From contig LXFE01000243.1 in NCBI GenBank assembly GCA_001929475.1, positions 48,888-68,887 of the forward strand: a DNA stretch of 20,000 nucleotides, given 5' to 3'. Below are positions 10,077 to 20,000 of the stretch, one piece after another; within the stretch, counting starts at the first letter, position 1, and each line of letters begins with the position of its first letter. The translations under genes and the position numbers were made by a program. Under the pieces are notes generated by a model. That model did not search any database and was not told the DNA's origin. It saw only the letters and a list, made by a program, of their open reading frames with translations. Origin of the DNA: Neolecta irregularis DAH-3. Taxonomy: Eukaryota.

Positions 10077-11651
10077 CTAATGAATCAAAAACCTAAACGC
10101 AGGGTCCTTCAATGCAAAGTGCCATTTGAGAGCATCCAGAGTCGGATCAAATTTTATTGCTTGACCCAGTCCCTTTATGTCAATATAAAAGAACTCTTCG
10201 TCATTTCGATAATATTTAGCAGGTAATTTGTATCGACCATGACTTGGGCAATTGAGGCATTGAGAAATTCGATATTTCATAAGTGCCTTTTGCATTTGTG
10301 AATCATATCCAAAGTCCGAGGGATAAAGCATGTCGACCTCGATCCATTCCATCTTCGGACAATGATAAGCTAGCAAGATGAAAACTTCGATGTCGAAATG
10401 AAATGGCCCTGTCGAAAGATTCTCAAGCTTTGTACAACCAATAAGAGATTTCAAGGATTTTGCCTGAAAAAAACTCTCTTGACTATTGAAAGAGACCGCT
10501 TTGAGATCTTCCAACTCTCCGAGGCGGTTGATCCAAACTTCCGGGAAGTCGAAATACGGGCCGCACATGATTTCGATGATTTCGATACCGTTATTGGCAT
10601 GAAGTAGAGAATGACAGAGATTCTCAGCACTGTCTATTGCGCCGACTGTGAATTTACGAAGATTTGAATGAGTTATCACCCACGGGATTTCCCGAGTGGC
10701 CTCTGATAATATGCAGGAATAAATTTGAAAAGTCTGCAGGCATGGTAGCTGCAACAATGTCTCACGAATATCGGAAGGAAACGTAATACTAAACAAGGAA
10801 AGCTCTTTGAGAGTATTTGCAACGCTCTTTAGTTCTGGGAGGTGAAGACGACGATCGAAATCATGCATGTCTCGACCGAGATGTAACTCCATCAACGACG
10901 ACGAGGTAGTAATCTCCCTAGTATCTTCATCATCCTGGCTCCACCAGACCCTTGCTATTTTCAAATTTTCTGAATTTTGAATAAAGAGCTCGATCCGGGC
11001 TTCCGGATATTCAATGTCGATTGAGATGACCTTCTTCGTAAGGCAACCTAGAAACGACCAAAGTGCTTGTCTTCCGGCAGGTGTATTGAGTGGATGCCCT
11101 GATATTGTTGTCCAATGCCCAGAAGAGTGAGAAGCCTTCATAACGAGTTTCACGGTCTTTATATTGGAATTGGATATATAGGACGCAAGGTTTTGCCATT
11201 CGACGAAACTGCGATTATAAAAAGGTCTATGCATATATCGAGCAGACCACAGTAGTTCTAGATCGATGTGAGTGATTCTTGGCAAACTTCGTAGTAACTG
11301 GATAGCTTCGAAAGTTGATTCGGTAGTAGGGAGTCCAAAATCATGAAAATAGGATAACGCGATTCTATTGACATAGGTTTCGATGTCCGACCTGTTTGCG
11401 AGCTTCCGAAGATTCAAAATGTGACGGTGATTGTGCAGACCTCTGTGCATATAGTCATGTGTGGGCCTCCTGAAATGACGAGAGATATCTGCCCAAAATA
11501 CGCGCTTGGTGAGATAGTGCCATTCTCTGCAGACAAGACGAACTGAGCATACGTCAAGGAGATCGACGCTCTCCAGGATAGTGCATTTCAATTCGACTGG
11601 CAGTTTGGCGAATGATAAGTTGTCTTCGATAATTCCATGATTACTGCACAT
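10077..11651 (-). CDS. F-box protein with LRR/RNI-like C-terminal region, 524 aa, intronless
   Basis: N-terminal F-box FAKLPVELKCTILESVDLLDVCSVRLVCREWHYLT, followed by repeated LxxLxL segments (TLKELSLFSI, LPCLQTFQIYSC, CTKLENLST, CPKMEWIEV). Confidence 0.85.
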   Translation of the reverse strand: MCSNHGIIEDNLSFAKLPVELKCTILESVDLLDVCSVRLVCREWHYLTKRVFWADISRHFRRPTHDYMHRGLHNHRHILNLRKLANRSDIETYVNRIALSYFHDFGLPTTESTFEAIQLLRSLPRITHIDLELLWSARYMHRPFYNRSFVEWQNLASYISNSNIKTVKLVMKASHSSGHWTTISGHPLNTPAGRQALWSFLGCLTKKVISIDIEYPEARIELFIQNSENLKIARVWWSQDDEDTREITTSSSLMELHLGRDMHDFDRRLHLPELKSVANTLKELSLFSITFPSDIRETLLQLPCLQTFQIYSCILSEATREIPWVITHSNLRKFTVGAIDSAENLCHSLLHANNGIEIIEIMCGPYFDFPEVWINRLGELEDLKAVSFNSQESFFQAKSLKSLIGCTKLENLSTGPFHFDIEVFILLAYHCPKMEWIEVDMLYPSDFGYDSQMQKALMKYRISQCLNCPSHGRYKLPAKYYRNDEEFFYIDIKGLGQAIKFDPTLDALKWHFALKDPAFRFLIH

Positions 11652-11848
11652 GACATCCAGTTCGTGTGTCGAACTTAGCGGGTTGGCCCCGTGAGAATAG
11701 CTGGAGCTGAGGAACGAGGTGGTGGGTGCCGTCGGAAGTCAAACTCATGTTGTTATATTAGGACCCTGATAGTGCGTAGGGACTTTCGCAGCCACAAATC
11801 TTGCCGGAGTTCCGTCCCGAGAATTGCTTAGGAATGCGCCAAGCCAAC

Positions 11849-12042
11849 TGTAAGGATATGCCCTTTGGGTATATATTACCAATACGGCAAGGTGGCTTGG
11901 CGGGAAGTATATAGAGGCGGAAGTTAGATATTCCTAGCCAATTACGAATACTTAGGCTAGGTATGTCCCTTTGTAAGAAGTACGAATACTTAGGCTAGTT
12001 ATAACACTTGGTCTTATCGTACTTCTAAGCGCATAGCTTACA
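11849..12042 (+). mobile_element. Solo LTR (194 bp), same family as 9127-9282
   Basis: TGTAAG...CTTACA termini with a perfect TSD CCAAC (11844-11848 and 12043-12047). Internal direct repeat TACGAATACTTAGGCTAG at 11943 and 11981. Confidence 0.88.
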
Positions 12043-12446
12043 CCAACTATCTAAGCACCTTGCACATCAAGTACCCAGCACTACTAGAATACTTCCAACC
12101 ACGTTCAAGTCGGGAATCATTGCACTTATATCAGTTTAATGGATTTATTTCTTACTATATCATTGCATTCCCCATTGGGATAGCACTCGCTTTCATGGCA
12201 GGAGTTAATAACTTCTGAGTACTTGGATTAACGAGGAAGGTGGGGATTGTACGGATTATCAGGTGGATTCGCTTTGGCTCTAACATTGTAAGTCACTCAA
12301 ACCTCCAATGGTTGATCTCTTCAGAGTTGCAACAGCAAAAGTATTTGTAATAAGCCGTACAAAATGGGGAGCCCTAGTACGTAAAGTTGAAGATCGTTCG
12401 CGAGAAAGCGAAGAAAATGGAGATTTAGAAAGACCAGCTGAGCTGA

Positions 12447-14223
12447 TCATTCAACTAAATGCCATTGATACTCCAAAACTCCATCCCTTTTATATCTTAC
12501 ATTTTCCCTTAAGCTCTTCTTCTGAGAAATCCAATCATGGTCTATTTTCCAATTTACTCTTCGAGCTAGATCACAGACGATCTCATCGCACGGACCAAGG
12601 AGGCAGACGTCAAAATTCATATGTGTCACAGGCGTTTTTGAAATATAAATTTGCGGAATCATAGACAATATTCCAATCGTTTCGGCCACCGGTGAAACCT
12701 TTAGTGATGTTCCTGTTGTCAGCATTTGTTGAAAGTGAAGATACCTATTGCGATTAGGAGATCGGCTTTTTGTTTGTCCTTTTGGTGGAGAGTATCAAAA
12801 AATTCCAAGGGAAGATTCTCGTGGAAAAATATGATGTCAGGCTGGTGAAGTCAAGTCAAGCTCGATACCGGACAGAAATATACTTTCATAACACCCTGAG
12901 ATCGCTCCTCTTCTTCATCACTTTCATTCTTCCTTTTTCTTCTTTTTCTTTTCATTTTCCCATTGGCGTGTTCCCGCATTGTCTTGGTACCTTCTTTAAT
13001 GCACGCTGGGTTCGAGCAGTATGCAACAAGACCTGCTAGTATATCCCTTTCTATTTCCTTTCCAGGGACCTGTTGATGACACTGCATGCAAGAAGCGGTA
13101 GCGAAAGACCCGTGACATTGTACAATCTTCTCTCGAGGGAGACCACTTTTAAATTCCAAGTTATCAATATTCTGGGTGTAAATCCGTAGCAATTTGTGTT
13201 GTTCATAAAGGACGCGTAGGAAGGCATGCGTTGGGCTTACCCTTTCTGTTTTGGGATATATTTTGTGGGCATAACGATAGAAAAGTCTTCATGTTATACC
13301 TTGGTATTAGGCAGAGGATACGTTGGATCCTGTTTGAATATATCATAGTTGAAGATTTCCTGGAATCAGTAGATTCAGACTGGAATAGCACTTGAGGATC
13401 TTGAACTTCACCGGAACCAGCGACATCAGCATAAATACCACGCGAGCTTCGAAAATCAGGAATTCCGAGGCTTGTGCTGATACCTAGATTGGCATAAGAA
13501 AAGTTCTCTAGGAATTATTAAAGACCTGCACCTACGAGAACAACAATGTTCTTGCAGCGTTCCAGTAGTTTGACAACGTCGTCTGGCGTCCGGTATTCCT
13601 TTATTCGATCTCTTTTCCTCAGTTCTCGAAGAATCAGTCTTTTGAGCATCCTTTTGAGACTAAGTGTGTTTAGTAAACTTTATCAGTAAATTACGTACTC
13701 TGTCTCTTCAAAATTCATACAAGATTCAAACTAATTCATGAGCATGAGACTAATGGGTTAGATGCCATGTTATATCCGAAGGCGCTGAACAATTTCAAAA
13801 TCGGGATTTCCTGTTCTTTTAAGTGGTAATCCAGAAATTCCTCCCATTTTAGATCGCGCACTTTACATCTGATGTCAGTGGCCTCTTCCTTGGTGAAAGC
13901 CTCAGGATCTAAATGAATTCAGCCGGAAGAGAGATATTACGATAGGCTATACGATCAACAGTTTCGGCGGGATCGCCCAGATTTTCGACCAAATCATCAA
14001 CATAGGTGTTCGTGGACACATTTGACTCAGTGTCCGAATCTTCTGGTGATACTGACTTATACCTCTTGTGAGAAGAAGAGTATTCGCAGCTCGAATTAAT
14101 TTGGGATCGCTTGGAAACCTGGACGGCAGTGGAAAGCGAGATATTCGAATCGGGTGTTAGATGCTCTCTTGTAGCGAAACCGTTTTCTTGCAAAGGTCTT
14201 TCTGTTCCGGTATTGGAAATCAT
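12447..14223 (-). CDS. SIR2: NAD-dependent histone deacetylase, Sir2/Hst1 (class Ia sirtuin)
   Basis: Spliced motifs: [59 protein letters not shown] (catalytic His, Zn), CSNPAC, GVMKPDIIFFHENLP, GTSLKVSPVAE. Eight short introns; 13731-13765 is GC-AG and the first donor is ambiguous. Confidence 0.92.
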
Positions 14224-14518
14224 TTAATTGCAATGAAAGTATGGGAGTAGAGAATTTGCAAGTACAAATTTGTCGTACGTTAACGCGAACCACAAACAAT
14301 GACAGGTTGTTTTTTCTTCAACATTTTTTTAATGTGAAATGTTTTTAGTTCTCTATGACCCGATTGATGAGCATCTAGTTCTCTTCGGTTCTCCATAGAC
14401 CAATTGTTTAGCATCTCATAGTTTAGGTTATGTTGATAGAATTTCGATCTACATGCTGGGATATTCCGTGAAAACAAAGGAATTAAAGGTGATCACGGTG
14501 ATATATGCCGAAAATTTT

Positions 14519-15092
14519 TGTTTGAAGTTCGGAGAACATGTGTTTGCCATATGATTGTGGTGTCCTCTAAAAACCTTATGTACAGCAAGCTCTTCCGAGT
14601 TGCTAAAACATTGGTAGCACAAGATATCCAAGCCTTAAATCCCTTCTTACAAATTCCAACATTAAGTCGTTGAGTAGTCATGCAGAGGTTTCGCTGCTTC
14701 AATATCGATTGCGAACCTTGATGTTTTATCATGGTAGAGCTAAATTCGAACCTATCCTCGCAAATCCGAGTCTGAAACCGAACCCGATAAAGAAAATTCA
14801 CTGAATATTGATCATAGAGAACAAAACCTCAGACTAGTCTTAGCGGGAAAAAACTGACTCTGGAATTCACAAGTCTTTTCCTTTCAATATTCCTGGTTTC
14901 TTTGGACCAGACTATCGTGGCCACTGCTCTCCCAGTAATTACAAGCCGACTTAATGCTTTGAATCAAGTCTTTTCATTATTCTCCAATCTAGCAGCAATT
15001 GATCTATACGATTGTCGTGTTTAAAGTTGGGAGAACATGGGTTTGCCACGCAATTTTGGTGTCCTCTGAAGATCCTCTACACACCAAACTTG
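14519..15092 (+). repeat. Tandem partial segmental duplication of the DHA2 upstream region
   Basis: 14519-14590 resembles 15019-15092 (GGAGAACATG.GTTTGCCA...TGGTGTCCTCT), and about 14625-15014 resembles about 15475-15852. Confidence 0.75.
14731..15014 (+). pseudogene. Truncated, frameshifted duplicate of exon 1/intron 1 of the downstream DHA2 transporter
   Basis: Aligns by eye to 15566-15852 (identical block TTTGGACCAGACTATCGTGGCCACTGCTCTCCCAGTAATT). Small deletions give early TGA stops; the splice donor is lost and the acceptor TAG is mutated to TAC. Confidence 0.85.
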
Positions 15093-15565
15093 TCGCGACG
15101 AACGGTATGGTGTTCTTTCATCTTACTTTCTAGTCTCACTTTCCGGTTTCGATTTGCCTTTTCGAGATATCTAGGGATGCCCTGGTCTCTCTTGTGACTC
15201 AGCTCTTTATTTTTTCAGTTTCTCCCCTCGATCATAAACTTAGAGGGAGCCTTACAGGAAACGTCTATAAAAGAAGACTGTTTTCTCCTTATTAGATAGC
15301 CAATAGTATTCCCACTTTCAGTACTCGATCTCTAAGATACTGGAAAGCCCTCTACGCCTGTTATAGAACTACTTGTTCTGCTCACCTAAAACTTCGCTAT
15401 TAACTTGACCTACAATCTGTGTGTATCGAAGTATTCCGAGACCGCCGAAACATTGCTTGAGTAGCACGAGGCGTGCAAGCCATATATCCCCTTTTGCCAA
15501 TCACAATTTACAACATACGCCTTTGACACCGCTTCTTGTTCGATCGCGAACGTACATTCTTTATC

Positions 15566-17467
15566 ATGATAGAGATAGATTCCAACTCTGCCTCTCATAA
15601 CTTTCAGTCTGAAACCGAAACCGAGAAAGACAATTCCCGGAATGTTGATCGTAGACAACAAGATCTCAGACTAGTCTTATCAGGAAAAAAACTGGCTCTG
15701 GCATTCACTGGCCTTTTACTCTCAATCTTGCTGGTTGCTTTGGACCAGACTATCGTGGCCACTGCTCTCCCAGTAATTGCAAGCCAGTTTAGTGCTTTGG
15801 ATCAAGTCACATGGTAACTCTTGAATCTAGCAGCAACTGATCAATAGGATTGCCTCTGCATATTTCCTGACACAAAGTGGATTTCTATTGCTCTATGGAA
15901 AGCTTCTAACAATATTCGATCGGAAATGGGTTTATTTAGTTGCTATCATGATTTTTGAAAGTAAGTTCACTCGGCTAAAAAGTTATTCTAATGATTATTG
16001 AAAAGTCGGATCACTCTTTTGCGGAATTGCTATGAATGCTACTTTCTTAATATTTGGAAGAGCTGTTGCTGGGATAGGTGCGGCAGGAATCTTTGTTTCT
16101 TGTATCACAATGTTCGTTCTCCAACTCGGGCCAAACCGAAAACATTAACTCCAGATAGTATCTCTGAGATCACTCTCCTCAAAGATCGTCCAAAGCTTTT
16201 TGGCGCCTTTGGAGCAGTTTTTGGTGCTTCCAGCGTAATTGGTCCTCTCATGGGAGGAGCTTTCACGGATCATATTAGCTGGAGATGGTGTTTCTTCATC
16301 AATGTAATCAACCTTTGCCAAGAAGGAATCTGACAGTAGCTGCCGATCGGAGCGATAACCTTAACGACAGTCGGAATGATCATCAAACGGAACCCCCCAG
16401 AGGGTGTCATATTGTCACAGAAGCTTAGAGAACTTGATTACATTGGTGCTGTCTTGGCGCTAGGAATGATCACTTCCCTTGTTTTACCTCTCCAGTGGGG
16501 TGGAAACTTATATCCTTGGAACTCGAAACAAGTAATCATTTCCCTCTGCTTTGTGGCAGTTTTGATCCCTGTCTTTGCCATCTGGGAAAAGTATGGAGTC
16601 GGGAATGAAAGAGCTATTCTTCCTATGAAATTCTTTTCGAATCGAACGGTGTATGGCATTGAACATACTGTGGTCACTGACCGGTTAGCGTGGCTGCTTG
16701 TATAGAGAATTTTTTCATTTTCTTTGGTTTACTTCTTACGGTCTACTATCTCCCATTACAATTCCAAGCTGTCAAGGTATACAACCGTATCCTCAGCAGT
16801 TTTTAATGTCCAGGGCCACTCTGCAACACAGTCTGGGATCGATATTCTTCCCTATATGTTATCCAATGTTCTAGCAGCTGGAATATCTGGATTTGTAATC
16901 TCAGCTACTGGTCACTATTGGCCGTTCCTGATTTTTGGTCCCTTGATAGTCGCTATTGGGGCTGGATTAATGTATACATTTTCGTATATCTCTACGACTG
17001 CCCAATTGATTGGATATCAAATTATCTTCGGGGCTGGACTTGGATTCGTAATGCAGAATACAGTATTTTCTTTGTTATCTGTGATTTTAACCAGCGAGAT
17101 GATCGCGGTACAGGCAGACGTTGACCATCATGATATTCCTCAAGCTAGTGCTCTTTGCTCGTTTATGCAGTTAGTTGGTGGCGTTCTGGGAATTGCAGTT
17201 GCAGGAACTATTTTCTCTAACGAATTAGTATCTCACTTACAAAGAGTGGCACCGGATGCGCCTTTGGTTGCGATTCAACAAAGTGTCACTGTTATCAGGC
17301 ATCTTGATCCGGCAATGCAGGAAGTCGTGAAGAAGGCTTATGTCCGTGCATTGGACTATGTTTATCTAACCGGCGTACCTGTAGGTATTATTGCAAGCAT
17401 CTGTGGTCTCTTTATTAAGAGACATAATATCAAAGGAAAAGAAATGATGACGACAGGTGGGGCATAG
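15566..17467 (+). CDS. MFS drug:H+ antiporter, DHA2 (14-TMS) family
   Basis: Motifs [15 protein letters not shown] (motif D1), [63 protein letters not shown]. Seven short introns are inferred (e.g. 15814-15847, 15961-16005, 16112-16158, 17063-17098). Confidence 0.92.
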
Positions 17468-17589
17468 ACGAAATCAGCTCCGAGTTTCATATAATACTTC
17501 TAGAGAATGGACATTAATTGTGGGTACAAACTTTCGAGTGACGTCGCCCATAGTCTTTATATACATTTCTATCTAATGTCTTATTTCTT

Positions 17590-17970
17590 TCTCCGCCACT
17601 TGCTGTATTGGTATGGGTATATCTGGGTAATAGCCGGGATATACCCTTACACGCACTATCTTAGAATAGTATACTAGAAATCCTAGTTTTATTTGTGCAC
17701 CGTCGAAATACTTGCAGCGATAGAGCCACAAAGGAATCTAACAATCCGTTTTCTCGGTTTTATTCAAGTCATAAGTCTGCAAAGCTCTACAACTGCAGCG
17801 TCGACGGGCGGTTTGTGTAAGCTTTGATACTCCGGAGTACAAATAAGACCAGGTTTATAGTACTAGCCTAGGTGTTGTATCTCCTAAGGAAACGTACCTA
17901 GCCTAAGTGTTGTATCTCAGGCTAGGTATTCTAATTACATGAAGTTTACAGCCGGCCATACCCTAACCCT
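17590..17970. mobile_element. Cluster of degraded LTR fragments (same family as the solo LTRs)
   Basis: 17590-17651 is the reverse complement of the LTR 5' end (ending CCCTTACA). 17670-17716 resembles the plus-strand 3' end (CTAGAAATCCTAGTTTTATTTGT...CTTGCA). 17816 to about 17970 is the reverse complement of the LTR 3' part (TGTAAGCT...CAAATAAGACCAGG...CTAGCCTA twice). No clean TSD. Confidence 0.65.
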
Positions 17971-18188
17971 GGGTTTGGTAATGATGATATTGTGTGAAGA
18001 ATGTGTTTCATACCACAAACTATATCAATCCTGCAAGGCAAATGAGTCATGGGTCAATTGGCACTAGAATTCTCCAATTGGATTTGAACAGGCTAAATAT
18101 TCCCGTGATCTTTGTATTATATAGAAGGGGGCGAAGAAGGGAATTTTCATTTTATTACAAACTTCAACATCTCAAATTCACATTCGTC

Positions 18189-18605
18189 ATGAGGCTCCTT
18201 GGACTTTTAGTCTGTCAAGCGTTTGTTATTTCGGCTCATCACCAAAAACATCATTACTTTACCATGTCCTTTAATGAACTATACAGCAAGACCTGTGTGG
18301 GTATTAAAGGTGCTTATTTGATACTGGACTCTACTGCCTGTATGACTTTCTTCATCGATAAAGACCATGTAATGCACATGAGTGATCCGAACACTGGCGA
18401 TGATTATGAAATATCAGCGACAAATGACGGCAAGTTGGCAGTTACTCCACTAGGGGACAGCGCAATTACTTGGCAGGAGGATGGATACCTTCTCAAATCC
18501 CAGGGTTTCCTAGAGACGTTCTGCTATTATAACAGCTATATTTATGTCATGACACCCTCCGCAAGTTGTAGTATCGGCAATCTCGTATATGATAACTTAC
18601 CATAG
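18189..18605 (+). CDS. Small putative secreted protein, 138 aa, 5 Cys
   Basis: ATG at 18189 downstream of a TATA-like TATTATATAG (18115-18124). Signal-peptide-like N-terminus MRLLGLLVCQAFVISA; intronless; beta-rich aromatic mature part. Confidence 0.65.
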   Translation: MRLLGLLVCQAFVISAHHQKHHYFTMSFNELYSKTCVGIKGAYLILDSTACMTFFIDKDHVMHMSDPNTGDDYEISATNDGKLAVTPLGDSAITWQEDGYLLKSQGFLETFCYYNSYIYVMTPSASCSIGNLVYDNLP

Positions 18606-18678
18606 TGAAGTTAACTGTTGGAGGATTCTGCTTACAGCATAGTCCTCTGGCAAACGAATAATGACTAACACTGAGGGG

Positions 18679-18819
18679 ACAAACAGAACAATTAGCCCAA
18701 TACACGAATACAGAGCCATATGTTAAATGGGAATTAAATATTTTCTTAAATACCACTGATTTGATTTGTTCACCTTTGTGTCCACCTGCCCACCCACCAG
18801 AGAAATCTGAACCGTGATG
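18679..18819 (-). mobile_element. Integrase zinc-binding (H2C2)-like relic
   Basis: IHHG...AGGHKG-x-FKKIFNSHLTYGSVFVYWANCSVC has H-x29-CxxC spacing typical of retroelement/Ginger integrase N-terminal domains. No DDE core follows. Confidence 0.4.
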
Positions 18820-19299
18820 GATTTTTATGCTGCCCACCTTCACCAAGAGGTCCAAACTATCCACCTGGAAAGTGCTCCAATCTCAATGGTTTTGATACCA
18901 TTAGAAAGCCCTCGTCGAGGCGCATCCGCTCGTGGTAATTACGTTTTCGTGTGATGTGTTTTGAATACCACACTCCCATGTGATACTTCCTCAAAGGTCC
19001 ACATTTGACTTTCTTATATTGAATTTGTTGGCAAACCATTAGTTTCGCCTTTAAATTCCGGTCCCAATAGTGCTTGTTTCGTTTGAATCTGTTGGTTGAT
19101 TGTTCAACTGTGAATCATTTGTTCTAAGTTCTGGTCACAAGATTTGTCATGGATCACGTGACATTGTCATCACTTCAACGTGAACTTTTTGAGTATGTGC
19201 GGCATACTTCACCAACTAAAGAAATGGCCAGATAGAAATCGTTTTATATTAGCAATTTTGGTTATTTAGTGGATTTTGTATTGCACCTATATAAGACTC

Positions 19300-19750
19300 G
19301 CCCGCCCCTCCGGCGGCGGGGATACAGCCTTGTCAGATGGTGGTTGACTGACTTATGGCGGTGGTCGAGTGACCGTGGGTGGTGGTTGATTGACGGCGGG
19401 CAATGGCTGCCGCGAGCACTGGTGCAGCACCAGCTGCCGGGAGAGATAGGGGCGACAAGGTGGATGGCAGTGAGAGAGCACAGGTCAGGGGATCTGGGAG
19501 GACTCTGCAGGTGGGTGACCGGGACAGCAATGCGGAGGAGACAGAGGCTATTCTGCAGGGTTAGTCTTCGTTTGAGCCGGATGAGTGAGTGTCTGCGATG
19601 GGTATGGGCGACAAGGGCGAGCGGCAAGGGCGGAGGGCGGGCGGCGAGGGCGGGCGGGCGGCGAAGGGAGGCAGGCAGTGCTGAGCTTAGCAGAGTAGCG
19701 GGTAAAGGGCGGGGCAGCGGGGCACAGGGTCAGCTTGAGCGCAGGTAGAA
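19300..19750 (+). repeat. G-rich, strand-asymmetric low-complexity tract with G-quadruplex-type motifs
   Basis: Seven G3 runs at 19628-19668 and five at 19700-19729. Much higher GC than the flanks. Confidence 0.6.
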
Positions 19751-19875
19751 GACAAAGTGGAAGGAGAAGATAGGAAATGTATAAAACTATTAGGAGAGAT
19801 TTTAACAAATACATTTACAACGTGGTGAATAATGATATAGGCAACATGATGAATGCCATGACAGATAATTAGGAC

Positions 19876-19885
19876 NNNNNNNNNN
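19876..19885. other. Assembly gap (10 N)
   Basis: Run of N characters. Confidence 1.
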
Positions 19886-19886
19886 C

Positions 19887-20000
19887 CAATTGGCACTAGA
19901 ACTCTCCAATTGGATTTGAACAGGCTAAATATTTCCGTGATCTTTGTATTATATAGAAGGGGGCGAAGAAGGGAATTTTCATTTTATTACAAACTTCAAC
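19887..20000 (+). repeat. Near-identical copy of 18055-18168 (upstream region of the small secreted protein gene)
   Basis: 114 bp with 2 mismatches, starting just after the N gap and running off the window end. Confidence 0.9.

Noticed and set aside
8990-14223. Dicer relic and SIR2 as a silencing gene cluster
   Set aside because: Proximity alone, with an unrelated gene in between; no evidence of co-regulation without synteny data.
17961-17970. CCCTAACCCT telomere-like motif
   Set aside because: Under two repeat units, and more simply the degenerate end of an LTR fragment.
19262-19814. ORFs of 65-159 aa in the G-rich tract
   Set aside because: Explained by stop-codon scarcity in GC-rich low-complexity DNA.
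1-20000. CRISPR array or prokaryotic operon/defence system
   Set aside because: No regularly spaced repeats; genes carry spliceosomal introns, so the DNA is eukaryotic and the RnpA-like gene is not bacterial contamination.

Overview
Fungal nuclear DNA with compact genes and very short (about 32-47 nt) spliceosomal introns. This style suggests an early-diverging ascomycete such as Taphrinomycotina/Neolecta, but that is an inference only. Intact genes: an MFSD10-like MFS transporter (+), a PAS/GAF hybrid histidine kinase (-), a divergently transcribed gene with a bacterial-type RNase P protein (RnpA) domain (+), an intronless F-box protein (-), a Sir2/Hst1 sirtuin (-), a DHA2-family MFS drug exporter (+) and a small secreted protein (+). 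Between them lie a PIF/Harbinger (Tourist-like) MITE, a family of very short TGTAAG...CTTACA solo LTRs with 5-bp TSDs, a pseudogenised tandem partial duplicate of the DHA2 gene, an integrase Zn-finger-like relic, a G-rich tract and an assembly gap. The two most notable observations are (1) a nuclear, intron-containing RnpA-like gene with a long C-terminal tail, a candidate subunit of mitochondrial RNase P, and (2) a decayed Dicer gene invisible to the ORF track, whose platform-like region is interrupted by a solo LTR; removing the LTR restores the reading frame.
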